This document shows positions 30,002 to 42,009 of a stretch of 64,000 nt of DNA, piece by piece (positions within the stretch are counted from its first letter, which is position 1; the number at the start of each line of letters is the position of its first letter). The stretch is from the IMG/VR virus record IMGVR_UViG_2645728028_000002, positions 32,001 through 96,000 of that record. One strand, 5' to 3'. A model generated the notes under the pieces. It was not told where the DNA came from. It was given only the letters and a program-made list of their open reading frames with translations, and made no database searches. The translations under genes were made by a program, and so were the position numbers. This DNA comes from a virus. Taxonomy: Duplodnaviria > Caudoviricetes.

Positions 30002-31885
30002 ATGACAGTAGCAATGAAACTTAATGAAGAACTAAACGGGATCGAATTATATTTTAACACTAAGCCTCAACAAACGGTATTAAGTGAATTAAAATCAAAT
30101 GGTTTCCGTTGGTCTAACTTTAAAAAATGCTGGTATACTAAACAATCTGAAAAAGCTTTTAAAGTTGCTAACAGTCTAACGAACGGGGAAGAATTAACCG
30201 TAGCACCTGAAGCGGCAACTAAAGTTAAAAAAGCAAGATCCGAAAAGAAAAAAGAATCTGCTTTGAGCCTTTGGGACGCTGCACAATGGGAAGGTTTAAC
30301 AGTAAATCAAAACACAAAAGATCAAGATTGCAAGGAAATTGCAAAGGAAATACGCTCACACATTAAGAAGCGTTTTCCACAATGTAAATTTTCCGTAAGA
30401 GTTCCTTACTATGGAAAAATCAACTTTGAAATAAAATCAAGTCCGTTTGAAAAAGGATCTTTATACTTAAATGCAATTAAAGGGTATTGCGAAAGCCTTC
30501 TAAACGCTTATAAGCATACTTATAGTGAAGCTGATCCATATACAGACTATGCAGGAGTTCATAATTTTTATGGTTATGTCGAGATTGATTGGGAATACAC
30601 ACAAACAGAATTAACAGAAGAAATGAAAAAAGACTTACTTATTTTTGATTCTAAATTCGCTGAAGCTGAAAAAGCAGAAGAAGAACGCAAAGAGAAAGAA
30701 TATCAGGAATATGTAAAGGAACAAGAGGCAAGAAATGCAGAATATAAAAAGCAGCAGGAAGAAGAAAAGAAACAAATTGAAAACATTTACAACAGTATTG
30801 AAGTTAAAGAGCTAGACGAAAATGGTCAATATTTTGTAACAGACGCAGAGTTTGCAGACTTAAACAAAAATAACACAATAGAGCAGTACATGGAAGAAGT
30901 AGAAAAAGGTAAATACTCTTTAGAAAATGTAAAAATCACTAAAGAGGTGCATTTCAGCAGTCTAGAGGCATTAACAAACTTTTCTAATATGCTGCTAAAT
31001 GACTTTGATTTTCTTACTAATACTGGCGGCAGCTTCACAGAAGACAATAGAATCAATTCAATGACTGACTTCTATAACATGGATGAAGATAAACAAACAG
31101 TACAATGGAATCGTTACGGGGTAGCAATATACTTTAATAACGAACTACAATTTGTTGCGGATGCTCAGGGATATTCTTATGCTCGCTATGTAGGCTTAAC
31201 AGATAATGCAAAGATTGAAAAGTCTATAACATTTGATCAAGTGATAAGCGAAGAGGAAATAAACGAATTAAAACATCAGGCAGACCGACTAGAGGATATT
31301 TCAACTAGTGTTATCAGTGAATTAGATATCTTTAGTACTTGGAGAAAAGAAAACTGGAAAGAGTATAAAACAGCTATTAAAGATAAATTAAGCAAATATA
31401 ACTATAAATTAACAAAAGAGATTATCCAGCAGCTAGACATTGAAGAACTAAAAGAATGTATGTATAAGATCTTACAGGAAGTTGACGGAATACAAGACCA
31501 GTTTACAAATGCGAATATACAACAAGGTGAAAAAGTTACACTGTTCTATATTTCTGATTGGGGATCAATCGTGACTAATCGCATTACTTTTGACAGTGTA
31601 ACTAATTCCAGTTATGCACAATATGACAATGCAGTTAAATTAACTTTTACACCAGAGAAGAAAAGGAAGCTGCATTATAAATATTTTTACTCAACAATGT
31701 TACTTTATAAAGGCTGGCACAGTCTACCGGAAACAGTTTTACACCATGTGGAAGAAAGAAACGGTATGAGAGTTACAAGAAGCAAATATCATTCATGCGA
31801 TAACAGACAATATGATGAGATTTTAAGCCATTTTGAGAAGCAGGACATAAAGCCTATTATCAATACCTATAAACCTAGATTTTAA
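30002..31885 (+). CDS. Large polyvalent-protein-associated (LPD29-like) protein
   Basis: GIELYF..KP...LK.NGFRWS...KCWY N-terminus and AKEIRSHIKKRFPQCKFSVR...DPYTDY segment. Confidence 0.65.
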   Translation: MTVAMKLNEELNGIELYFNTKPQQTVLSELKSNGFRWSNFKKCWYTKQSEKAFKVANSLTNGEELTVAPEAATKVKKARSEKKKESALSLWDAAQWEGLTVNQNTKDQDCKEIAKEIRSHIKKRFPQCKFSVRVPYYGKINFEIKSSPFEKGSLYLNAIKGYCESLLNAYKHTYSEADPYTDYAGVHNFYGYVEIDWEYTQTELTEEMKKDLLIFDSKFAEAEKAEEERKEKEYQEYVKEQEARNAEYKKQQEEEKKQIENIYNSIEVKELDENGQYFVTDAEFADLNKNNTIEQYMEEVEKGKYSLENVKITKEVHFSSLEALTNFSNMLLNDFDFLTNTGGSFTEDNRINSMTDFYNMDEDKQTVQWNRYGVAIYFNNELQFVADAQGYSYARYVGLTDNAKIEKSITFDQVISEEEINELKHQADRLEDISTSVISELDIFSTWRKENWKEYKTAIKDKLSKYNYKLTKEIIQQLDIEELKECMYKILQEVDGIQDQFTNANIQQGEKVTLFYISDWGSIVTNRITFDSVTNSSYAQYDNAVKLTFTPEKKRKLHYKYFYSTMLLYKGWHSLPETVLHHVEERNGMRVTRSKYHSCDNRQYDEILSHFEKQDIKPIINTYKPRF

Positions 31886-31993
31886 TTGTAAATAAATTAA
31901 CAGGTAAAGAGTGTATGAATAGACTCTATACTCTTTACCTTTCTAAAAAATCCCTATAACAAAAATTCTAAAATATCACTGGAGGTTTTACAC

Positions 31994-33601
31994 TTGTTTA
32001 ATAATAATCCTGATTTTTTCCCAACTCCAATAAAGTTAATTCATAAAATGTTATCTAAAATTGATTTTAGAACTATCAAAACAGTACTTGAGCCATCAGC
32101 AGGAAAAGGGGATCTTGTAGAGGCTATAACAAAAAAGTTTGATTATAGCCAGAACAGGCATTATAACAATAAGAAATACGACATTGACACAATAGAACTT
32201 GATAACAACCTACAATACATATTACAGGGTAAAAAACTTAGACTTGTACATGATGACTATTTAACATATAACACTTATAAAAAATACGATGCTATTATAA
32301 TGAATCCTCCTTTTAGTAATGGCGATAAACATTTATTAAAAGCAATTGAAATGCAGCAATCAGGCGGCAAAATTGTTTGTTTGTTAAACGCTGAAACTTT
32401 AAAGAATCCTTATAGTAACATAAGAAAAGAATTAATTAAACAATTACAGAAGTATAATGCTGAAGTAGAATATTTGGAGAATACATTTTTAGAAGCTGAG
32501 AGGAAAACTTTTGTTGAAATCGCTTTAATATATATTGATATTCCTAAAATTGAATATAACAGCGTTATTATAGACGAACTGAAGAAAGAGGAAATATATA
32601 AAACTAATAACCAGTATACAAGCGATAAATTAATCAATTCAGATTTTATAAAAGGGATAGTGGAACAATACAATTATGAAGTAAAGGCAGGTTTAAAACT
32701 GATAAATGAGTATAACAGCCTTAAGCCGTTAATGCTGAAAAGTTTTAAGGATAATTCTAATCCAGTGTTAAAGTTAGAACTTGAATATGAGGATGAAGAG
32801 GGAAGCAGTTTAGAGAATGCCTACATTAAACAGATCCGGTCAAAGTATTGGCAAGCGTTATTTTCAAATGATCAATTTATGGGATTGTTTACAAGCAACT
32901 TAAAGCAAAAGTATATGCAGCAGGTACAAGAATTAAAGGATTATGACTTTTCATTATATAACATTTACACTCTAAGAATTCAACTTAGTAAGGAAATGAC
33001 TCAAGGGGTAGAAGAAACAATTTTAAACTTGTTTGAAGAATTCAGCCACAAACATTATTATGACGAATCATCAAAAAACATTCATCTATATAACGGCTGG
33101 AAGACTAACAAGGCATACAAGATTAATAAGAAAGTTATTATACCTTTAAATGGTTTCAGGGACTTACAATATTCATGGGGAAGATATGAGCCTACAAATT
33201 ATAGGGTTTTAGACAAATTAAAAGACATTGAAAAAGTATTTAATTATTTAGATGGAGGCACAACAGAGGAAATTGATATAACAGACACCTTAAAAATGGC
33301 TGAGCATTATGGAGAGACTAGAAAAATAGATTTAAAGTATTTTTACATCACATTCTATAAAAAAGGCACATGTCATATAGAGTTTAAAAACATGGAATTG
33401 CTTCATAAATTTAATTTATTCGGCAGTCAGAAGAAAAATTGGCTTCCTCCTTCTTATGGGAAAGTTAAATATAGCGATATGACACCAGAGGAAAAAGCAA
33501 CAGTAAACGAATTTGAAGGAGAACAGTCATATAACAAGGTAATGCTTAATAAATCATACTACATTATGGATACAAGCGAATTATTGAAATTAACATCATA
33601 A
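31994..33601 (+). CDS. N6-adenine DNA methyltransferase-like protein with DUF4942-like C-terminus
   Basis: FFPTP, VLEPSAGKG (motif I), MNPPF (motif IV), FYKKGTCHIEF. Confidence 0.85.
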   Translation: MFNNNPDFFPTPIKLIHKMLSKIDFRTIKTVLEPSAGKGDLVEAITKKFDYSQNRHYNNKKYDIDTIELDNNLQYILQGKKLRLVHDDYLTYNTYKKYDAIIMNPPFSNGDKHLLKAIEMQQSGGKIVCLLNAETLKNPYSNIRKELIKQLQKYNAEVEYLENTFLEAERKTFVEIALIYIDIPKIEYNSVIIDELKKEEIYKTNNQYTSDKLINSDFIKGIVEQYNYEVKAGLKLINEYNSLKPLMLKSFKDNSNPVLKLELEYEDEEGSSLENAYIKQIRSKYWQALFSNDQFMGLFTSNLKQKYMQQVQELKDYDFSLYNIYTLRIQLSKEMTQGVEETILNLFEEFSHKHYYDESSKNIHLYNGWKTNKAYKINKKVIIPLNGFRDLQYSWGRYEPTNYRVLDKLKDIEKVFNYLDGGTTEEIDITDTLKMAEHYGETRKIDLKYFYITFYKKGTCHIEFKNMELLHKFNLFGSQKKNWLPPSYGKVKYSDMTPEEKATVNEFEGEQSYNKVMLNKSYYIMDTSELLKLTS

Positions 33602-33718
33602 TAAAAACAAATAATTATATAGGTATGGAGAGTTTTAAAAGGCTCTCTTAACCTTCCAGAAACTCATATAACAGTTATTAACTTAAATCACCAACTAAAT
33701 GAAAGGAGATAACCGAAA

Positions 33719-33952
33719 ATGAAAACATGCAAAGTATACGACTTTACAGCACACAGAGAAAGTAAAAAGAAAGAAGAGGAAAGCCAGCAGCAAGATAAAA
33801 GTTTATCTTTGTTCATTTCAGCGGTTATTCCTTTCATGGATAGAAAAGATCAGGAGCGACTAGCGCAACATAAAGAGGAATCAGAAGAATTTATGTATAT
33901 TATTAGCGATATTATGATGAAGGCTGCAGAGCAGAGATATAAACAGGGATAA
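33719..33952 (+). CDS. Hypothetical protein
   Basis: AAAGGAG RBS. Confidence 0.6.
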   Translation: MKTCKVYDFTAHRESKKKEEESQQQDKSLSLFISAVIPFMDRKDQERLAQHKEESEEFMYIISDIMMKAAEQRYKQG

Positions 33953-34107
33953 TGCTATAACAGCTGTATAAGGTGTGAACTGGACTATTTAAAGGGTTAG
34001 GGGTAATTACGATAATATGAACATTTTAGAGCAAATACAGAAGCAAATAGAGCAATCAGACTGGTCGAAAATAATTAAACAAGAAACAGATAAGGAGGAG
34101 AAGAAGA

Positions 34108-34419
34108 ATGATAAAGAAGATTAATATATTTCTATTGTTGTTACTGGCTGTATTGTTTGTGTATTTGAATAACAATTTAAACAATGAATTAGCATATTCT
34201 CAGGAACAGAGTGAATATATAACCTTTGAGTATGTCATAACTGATATAACAGCCAAAGGGGAATATTATGGCAGATCTACAAAGGATAATACAGGGATTT
34301 ACTTTACAGATGAGAACCTGCAGTCAGATCAAATTATAAGGAAAGGAGACAAGATACAGGCAACTTTTGAACGTGATTCTAGGATTGATGGCATAGTTTC
34401 TATAGAGGTTAAAAAGTAG
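34108..34419 (+). CDS. Secreted or membrane-anchored hypothetical protein
   Basis: N-terminal signal/TM segment, AAGGAGG RBS. Confidence 0.65.
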   Translation: MIKKINIFLLLLLAVLFVYLNNNLNNELAYSQEQSEYITFEYVITDITAKGEYYGRSTKDNTGIYFTDENLQSDQIIRKGDKIQATFERDSRIDGIVSIEVKK

Positions 34420-34575
34420 GAAAATCTGTATAACAGCAAGAGGTTTTCAGAGCTGAATCATTTTGGAAACTCATATAACAGCGAGACTAAAATATCACTA
34501 GGACTTTTTGAGACTAAATTTCTACATAACACAACTTACATTTTATCACTACGATTTTTAGGGAGGTAATATATT

Positions 34576-35289
34576 ATGAGACAAATAGAAAACATTTGGA
34601 CATTGGTTTATAAAGAAAAGAATGAAGATCCACATGCACACAGTTATACATCTGAAAGTGATGCACTTGAAGCTAAAGAATTTATTTTAGACGCTGACGG
34701 TGGAGAAACATTTGATGGTAGCATAGTTGAAATAGAATGGTGCTATTTGATTCAAGGTAAACTAATAATTAAATCAATTTAAAATTAACTTTTTAACGAG
34801 AAAAGGGGGTTACATATTGAATCAATATATTATTGAATTAACAAGGAATATCGGAATAGGTAAAGATATAATTAATTTCTTTACTAACAGAGGATATAAG
34901 GTTGTTTGGGAAGATCGGGATGCAATGCCTAAAACATTAATAATTGAATCATCACATCATTGTATTGAGGACATCAAGAATCTTAAATACGTATCAGATG
35001 TAAAGGAAGTAAGAACAGGTAGTATATTCGTATAAACTACACATTTTATTAGATATCTAAGGAGGAAAGTATGATAAAGAAACTACAGGCAGTTTTTGAA
35101 TATTTATGGTACTCATTATTTATACATATCCTGTTATTAGGATTTATTTATACGACAAATGAAGGCAAATTATATAACTTATGGACTATCTTTATTACAT
35201 TTCCTTTATTTGCGATTTGCCTTTATAAAATTAATACGCATTTTAAGAAAGGTATGGATCAAATGAAAGATTCTTTGAAGAATAATTAA
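34576..35289 (+). CDS. Three small hypothetical genes (34576-34782, 34817-35035, 35071-35289 membrane)
   Basis: Each has an RBS and is bounded by the 18-bp junction motif. Confidence 0.6.
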
Positions 35290-35460
35290 GATAAAAACTA
35301 ACTTTCATTAAGAGCCAGTAAAAGGCTCCTTCTTTCTGAAGGTGCGTTAAATTTTATTATAACTTTTTATAAAAATTTACCAAAACTCTATTGACCAAAG
35401 GAAAACTTTGTTATAACATCATTATTGTAAGAAATAGCAAAACAAACAAAATTTGGAGGT

Positions 35461-36156
35461 ATGTGGAAGATGGGATTGTTCACGAGTAAGATAGCTATTG
35501 GAGTTTTAGCAGGTGGATTTACATTAGCTGGTGCAGGGTTATTGTTCAACGGAAGTGAGACTTTAGAGAGAGCCAGTTCATTTGTTCAGGATGCCGGAAA
35601 TAAAATTACACAATTTGAAGTTGCAGAAAACGCACTCCTCGATAAAATTTCATTCTTGAAGAATGATGCTAACTCTAAAATTGAAGCAGCAAACGCAACT
35701 ATTGCAGATAAGAAAGCAGAAATTGAAGGATTGAATACACAGATCACTGATTTAACATCACAAAGAGATGCCTTAACTGCAGAAGTTGCTACACTAGAAA
35801 CAGAGATTACTAATTTAACAGCAAGCTTGAATGATGCTAATGCTAACCTTGAAGCTACTCAAGCAGCATTGGATGAAAAAACAGCTCAGTATAATGCGAA
35901 AGTCACTGAGTTACAAAAAGCCAACAACACAATTGCAGAACTTAATAACTTGCTAGTTTGGGCTAAGAACAAAGCACAAGAAGCTGATAGTCATGTGGCG
36001 CAACTTGAGGCTGAAGTCCAGAAGGCTAACGCTGAGGTAGCAGCTCACGGTGAGGTAGTTGAACAAGTCGAAACACAAACAGAAGGAGCAGATCCACTGA
36101 GTCAGGAAGAAGTTGATGCCGTTGATACAACTATTGCTGACGTTGATACAGAATAA
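35461..36156 (+). CDS. Membrane-anchored coiled-coil protein
   Basis: N-terminal TM helix then a long heptad-rich Ala/Glu/Thr region. Confidence 0.75.
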   Translation: MWKMGLFTSKIAIGVLAGGFTLAGAGLLFNGSETLERASSFVQDAGNKITQFEVAENALLDKISFLKNDANSKIEAANATIADKKAEIEGLNTQITDLTSQRDALTAEVATLETEITNLTASLNDANANLEATQAALDEKTAQYNAKVTELQKANNTIAELNNLLVWAKNKAQEADSHVAQLEAEVQKANAEVAAHGEVVEQVETQTEGADPLSQEEVDAVDTTIADVDTE

Positions 36157-36226
36157 TTCTCTAATGTATAATGAGGATAGGGTGAGGGTTATAACTTCAC
36201 TCTATTTTCTTATAAGGAGAGAGTTT

Positions 36227-36454
36227 ATGGAGGTCGAACGCAAAATAAGGAAGATTGGTAACTCATCTGGTATTATCCTCCCAACTGATTATTTAAGATA
36301 TATTGGAGTAGAGATCGGGGATACGGTATATATAACTATGGAAGAGAATGAGATCAGGATCAGAAGTGAAAAAGGAAAAGAAACCAATGACGAGTTTAAA
36401 GATAAAGTGTTAGCTATAATTGAAGAATACATGGGTAAAGAAGAGTCTAAATAG
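36227..36454 (+). CDS. AbrB/MazE-family DNA-binding protein
   Basis: KIRKIGNSSGIILP...IGVEIGDTV; start at MEVER after AAGGAG. Confidence 0.85.
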   Translation: MEVERKIRKIGNSSGIILPTDYLRYIGVEIGDTVYITMEENEIRIRSEKGKETNDEFKDKVLAIIEEYMGKEESK

Positions 36455-37025
36455 GCTCTTTTCTTTTTGGATTAATTTAGAAAAAGTTAAAAGTAAATGA
36501 AAATAATGGTTGATTAATATGAAATAATTTTATATAATTAAATTAAGAAGTAAAACAAAGGAGTGATCAAGATGACTTATGAAGAATATGTCTTAGATGT
36601 ATTTACGGAGCATCATTTATCTGTGGGGCAAGACTTAGAGGAAATTAAAGATGTTATTAGGGAAGCTTCTTTTAAAAAAATTGAGAAATGGTTAACTAAA
36701 ATAGGGTATGATCTTAATGAATACAATTCATTATAAAAATTTGATTTAAATGGTAAAATTATCTCAACTACAAGTGAAAGGATGATAAAAATGTATAAAG
36801 TGTATGCGTTGGATTTTGATCAAACAAGAGTGATTAACATTATTGATACTATTGAAGAAATTAAGGAATGGGCAGAGATTAATGGCTATACAATCACTAA
36901 AATTATCAATAGGAAATCAAAACAAATCATAAAATTATAGGGTAGGCTAATTGTATAACTTAGAATAAAATTTCCCTTTTATGGAGAATTATTTGGTAAA
37001 ATTTAATTAAAAAGGAGAGAAAAAA

Positions 37026-38584
37026 ATGGCTGCCGATTACTTAACACATATTAATGATGAGGATCTTATAAAACTTTACGAAGAAATTGGAGAAAGAAGA
37101 TCATGTGGAGACTTTAACCAGCGAGATGAAGATATTCTAGTTGTTTCTGCAATGTCAAAAAGAAAATTAATTCACTTGTCAAAATTCAATAGAGGCTTAC
37201 CTAAATCAGAGAAATGGCGTTAAAACCATTTTCCAATAAAACTTCTCTTTTAATGGGAAAAGGAGGAAAGAAAATGCTTGAAGGAAATACAATTAAATTT
37301 GGACATGGGACTGTACTGGTATATTCAAGTCAGTTAACAAGGAAGGTGATTTTAGAATTTATTCAACCACCAAAGCCAGTAGGAAAACTGATCAAAGAAG
37401 ATATTGAAGATGTTGTAGTTTTAGACTCAATTACATTTGATTATGGAAAAGATATGAAGCCATTTTATGAAGAATTGCAGCAAGTAAGTGAAAATAATAC
37501 TATCTTAGAATTTAGAGGATATGTATTTGATTTCTCTAACTACAATCCAGCATCAGTAGAGGTTTTAATGGGTGGATTTAAACGAGCAATTACAGGAAAT
37601 ACACTGACGTTAGCTTGTTAAATAAGGAGGGTATAAATGATTACAAGTGGAATGTTAGAAGAGCTTCTTGAGAACATCGATAAACCAAAGCAGCCAGATC
37701 TAATTGTAGAACAAAAGAAAAATAAATACATTGCCTACTTTAGAAAGAGTCCTCAAAGAATTGGGTTTGGAAATTCAGAAGTTAAAGCATTGGAGAATTT
37801 AAAGAGTTTATTAGGATAGGGAGGAAATTAAAAATGCATAAAAAGGTTAAGTTACATGGATGCGAGTTATATGAGATCACATTAGGAGAGAAGAAATATA
37901 TTTGCACAATTGAAAATGTAGATATGAATGAATATTACGCATATCATGAAAGAGGAGAAGGAACTTCAGTAGCTATGTTAAATACAGTGGATATTGTTGA
38001 ATTAATGACAACTGGAAGCATTGACAGAAAACATATGACTGTAAAGCCATATAATAAGTAAATAAAACAAGTCTCTTATCGCAATTTCACATCATTACGT
38101 GCAACTGCACGATATGATAATCACTATATAATAACTATTTTAAAGGGAGAGAGAATAATGAAAATCTTATTAATCGAAAATGAAATTGTTAACTTTCTAC
38201 ACGTAAATAACATTAGACCAGCACTGAATCCAAGTAGTAAAATGTATAAAATCAAGGTTGAAATGGTAAACGGATCTGCATTTGAAACATTAGATAATTA
38301 TACAAAAGGTGAAGCAGAAGAAAAAATCCTTGAGATTTCAGCTCTGTTAGCAAGTAGCCAAAATGAAGTAATTATACAGTAGGGGGGTGATTAGTGTGTT
38401 GTTAAATCCATGGGTATGGGACTCTGCAGCGCAAGAAAAGTATCCAGACAGGGTTACAGGTGAATCAGTACCATTAGAATATCTAAATGAAGGCTATTCA
38501 GAATATTATCCATATACAAGCTGGATTACTAAAGGGTACGTTAAACGAATTGAATTAAAGGAATATGCTACAGAGTTACTATAA
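37026..38584 (+). CDS. Cluster of small hypothetical genes (37026, about 37274, 37637, 37834, 38158, 38387)
   Basis: Consecutive plus-strand ORFs with RBSs. Confidence 0.6.
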
Positions 38585-38772
38585 GGAGGGTTAATGATGG
38601 GTGAGTTAATATTTGGAATAGTGTTTATCAGTTTGTTTTATGTGATTGCTGCAGTATGTACGATGTTTAAATTAGATCCAACAAAATTATTTAAAATAAA
38701 TTAATCAAATATAATATACAAATAAAAGTTAAAGTGGTATAATTTACATATCAAGTAAAGGGAGAGGATAAT

Positions 38773-39312
38773 ATGAAATTTAAGAAAGAATTTATTTTAA
38801 AAAGACAAGGATATGATCCAGTTAAGGTAGTTGTAAAAATTAACGACAACAACATTTACATAAGAACATTCGCAGAAATTCACTTTCTAGATCTTGCTCA
38901 CTTATTATGTGAAAAAACTCCACTATTAGAAGTAGTTTACGAGAGGTCAGCACCTTACAAACTTGTTAAAACTAAGCATAGAGAAGGGGATAAATTCTCT
39001 TACAAAGAATATGGCTTAACTTATTTGCTCATTAAAGATGGAATAATTAAAGAAGAAACCAAACATCTTATTAATTTACACACAGTTAATACAAAAGTAA
39101 AAGGAACTAGAAATATGTTTATTCCAGACTTATTGCTGGTTATGCAGGATTACGGATATGTAAAAGAAACTGGTAGTGGTAAATTTAAAGCAGCTAGAAA
39201 ATTCAGTGATCATGTTGTATTTGAAGATCTAACATTTAGTCCAGAAAATTTAAGAAATCAAGGATTTATTATTCCTAAAAAGTATGAGGAGAAATTTGCT
39301 TTAAAATTCTAA
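38773..39312 (+). CDS. Hypothetical protein
   Basis: 179 aa, RBS and upstream TG-TATAAT. Confidence 0.7.
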   Translation: MKFKKEFILKRQGYDPVKVVVKINDNNIYIRTFAEIHFLDLAHLLCEKTPLLEVVYERSAPYKLVKTKHREGDKFSYKEYGLTYLLIKDGIIKEETKHLINLHTVNTKVKGTRNMFIPDLLLVMQDYGYVKETGSGKFKAARKFSDHVVFEDLTFSPENLRNQGFIIPKKYEEKFALKF

Positions 39313-39337
39313 TTTTATACAGAATAGGGGAAGGTAT

Positions 39338-39795
39338 ATGAATAAATTTACATGGAAAAACGTAATTCATGGTGAACATGCATTGAGATTTGGACATATT
39401 GATAACTTCTTTAATCAAATTGTTGTACCTTCTGGTTATCCATACTTTATTTGGAACGATATAATTTATAGGGTTGAGGATAGATATAGTAAGAATCGCT
39501 TTACAGATACAGGTTGCACAATTAATGATATAGAAGGATAAAATGCTGATTGTATTATGAAAGGAGTATTCAAATGAGAATTATTAACGAACACTTTGAT
39601 CCGTTTATGTCATTAGTAAACTATGATTATACAACGGATGAATATATTATTGTTACACAGGAATGGGATAAACACGCAGGAAACTACTGGGGAAGAAGTG
39701 TAGAGGAATTTAAAAGTCAGGAAGAAGCCGAAAAGTGGTTGAAAGAATATAGAAAACAAATGGAAATTGAGGAGCACAACCAAATAAAAATCTGA
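39338..39795 (+). CDS. Two small hypothetical genes (39338-39541, about 39574-39795)
   Basis: RBSs; stop codons fall inside junction motifs. Confidence 0.6.
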
Positions 39796-40014
39796 TTTTA
39801 AGGGGAAAGGATGTGAAGATAATGGTCATGTTTGTACTTCATGAAGATGGCTCTGATTTCTTTAATTTTAATATTGAACCACGACAATATAAAAAAGGGG
39901 AAATCATTGAACATGAAAGACTTGAGGGCAAGTTTAAAGTTTTGCACACTGACTTAGTTACGGTAACGGTAAAGCCAGTCTAAATAATATATCCATTTTA
40001 AAGGGAGGAATTAA

Positions 40015-40674
40015 ATGAATATAGACCTGTTAATTGATGCAAAAGAAAAGAAGTGTACAGATTGTCTTGAAGCTTTCCCTGCAACGGAAGAATATTTTTA
40101 TAAACAAAAGACTCATACGAAAACTAAGGGTACATTTTATAAGTTAAGTTCTCATTGTAAGACTTGCACAAAGAAGCGAACACTAAAATATCAACAAGAA
40201 AATCCAGAGAAACATAATGAGGCACAAAAGAAATATCTGTACGGTACAGTAAAAGGAAGAGAAACAAGAAAAAGAAATTTGGATAAATGGGTTTTAAACG
40301 GAGGATATAAAGATTGGCAACAGAATAATAGAGATAAAATTGTAGAATATAACAAAGATAGAAGACATAAGAATCATGATATAACTGATCAAGAATGGTT
40401 TGAATGTCTCGATTTCTTTATGAATTCGTGTGCATATTGTGGAATATCTGAAAATGAAGCGTTAATCTTATATAATCAAAGATTAAACATGGAGCACGTA
40501 GATGATGACGGGGCTAATGACATAACTAATTGTGTTCCTGCTTGTAAGAGTTGCAATAGTAAGAAGTGGACTTTTGAATTGAATGAATGGTATAACACCG
40601 ACAATCCAGTGTATAGTAAAAGAAGATATAATAAAATAATCAAGTGGCTATTAAGTTTCACAAAGAAAGATTGA
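40015..40674 (+). CDS. HNH endonuclease
   Basis: CAYCG...MEHVD...NCVPACKSCNSKK plus N-terminal CxxC pairs. Confidence 0.85.
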   Translation: MNIDLLIDAKEKKCTDCLEAFPATEEYFYKQKTHTKTKGTFYKLSSHCKTCTKKRTLKYQQENPEKHNEAQKKYLYGTVKGRETRKRNLDKWVLNGGYKDWQQNNRDKIVEYNKDRRHKNHDITDQEWFECLDFFMNSCAYCGISENEALILYNQRLNMEHVDDDGANDITNCVPACKSCNSKKWTFELNEWYNTDNPVYSKRRYNKIIKWLLSFTKKD

Positions 40675-40705
40675 TTTCATTACAAATAAAAAGGAGTGAT
40701 TTACA

Positions 40706-41130
40706 ATGAATGGTGAATGGACGTATGCAAACTTAAATGGTGAATGGGAACATGAATCATATTACACAAAGGAAGACGCTGTTCAGGCAGGAAGACTGGA
40801 GTTTAATGGAGAATTTCTTGTTGGACAGTTGAATGGTGATGACGAGGAATTAGAATACTTGGTTGAAAATATTGAAGAAATAGAATAAAAAATATAATTT
40901 ATTTGAACTGTTGTCAGACTATTTTCAGAAAGGATGGCTTAAATTTGGCACTATGCGATGAATGTCAAATGAATAAGATTCCGAGTGGTTGTGGAGTTGG
41001 TGTTAAAGATTATGAAGTTGTTAAAGGTGTTGGGGTAGTATCCTGCAAATATTTCATGGAGATTAATGGGGACTTAGCAAAAGCTCAGAAAGTCAAAAAT
41101 GAAATTCACGTAAAAAGATATAGTTACTGA
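40706..41130 (+). CDS. Two small hypothetical genes (40706-40888, 40903-41130)
   Basis: ORFs between junction motifs. Confidence 0.5.
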
Positions 41131-41504
41131 ATAAAATGAAAGATATATAGTGACGCACTAGACATAAAATGTGCATTAAGGAGGAATTGAGATTGAATGA
41201 TTTCTTAAATACAGTATCTTTCATAATTTTTATGCTAATCGTTCTTGGAGTTATGAGTTATGCACTAAGTATTTAACTAAGAAGCACTCCAGATTGAAAA
41301 ATAAATTTGATTTAAAATCCATTTAGGATGTGATCCGATGAAAATAAATCAAAGGGTATTAGTTACTGAAGAAGAGAGTCCATTTCACAATAGGGAAGGG
41401 GTAATAACTCAGATTCAGAAATATTACATTACTGTGCAGCTTAATAACTTTCCTTGTGAAATGAAATTTACTGATGATGAATTAACTGTGTTAGAGGATT
41501 CCAC

Positions 41505-42009
41505 ATGTACGCTGTAATTATAAGAACAAAGCGAGGCTATGAACTACAATATAAAGATGATCTAGCAAGTGAGAATGTAACTGGGAAAGAGTATTCGAGC
41601 AATGATGAAATATTGAAACGATCACTGACTGCAGATTGGCAAGAAAGTAATGAAGAAAATGTACTTTGGGTGGCAAAATTGATTGACAATTAATATAAAA
41701 TAATCTAATATTATAAATAAGAACAAGTTGAAAAATAAAAACAAAAATTATTATCCTTAATCACCAATAGGCGAATCCCTCATATACTACAGTATAAACC
41801 ATGAGGGAGAGATTAATATGAAATTACAAGCATTGAACATTAAGAAGTTAAGAAAGAAAAGTATTGCAGCAATTAGAGATATCCTGAAGGCATATAACTT
41901 GAATTATTCTATTGCAGATGACAAAGATAAACTTCTCAGTAAGGTTGAAGAGATCCAGCATTACAGTAGGAAGATAAAAGTGTACTCACGGTATGAAATG
42001 TCCATGTAG
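41505..42009 (+). CDS. Two small hypothetical genes (41505-41693, 41818-42009)
   Basis: RBSs present. Confidence 0.55.
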
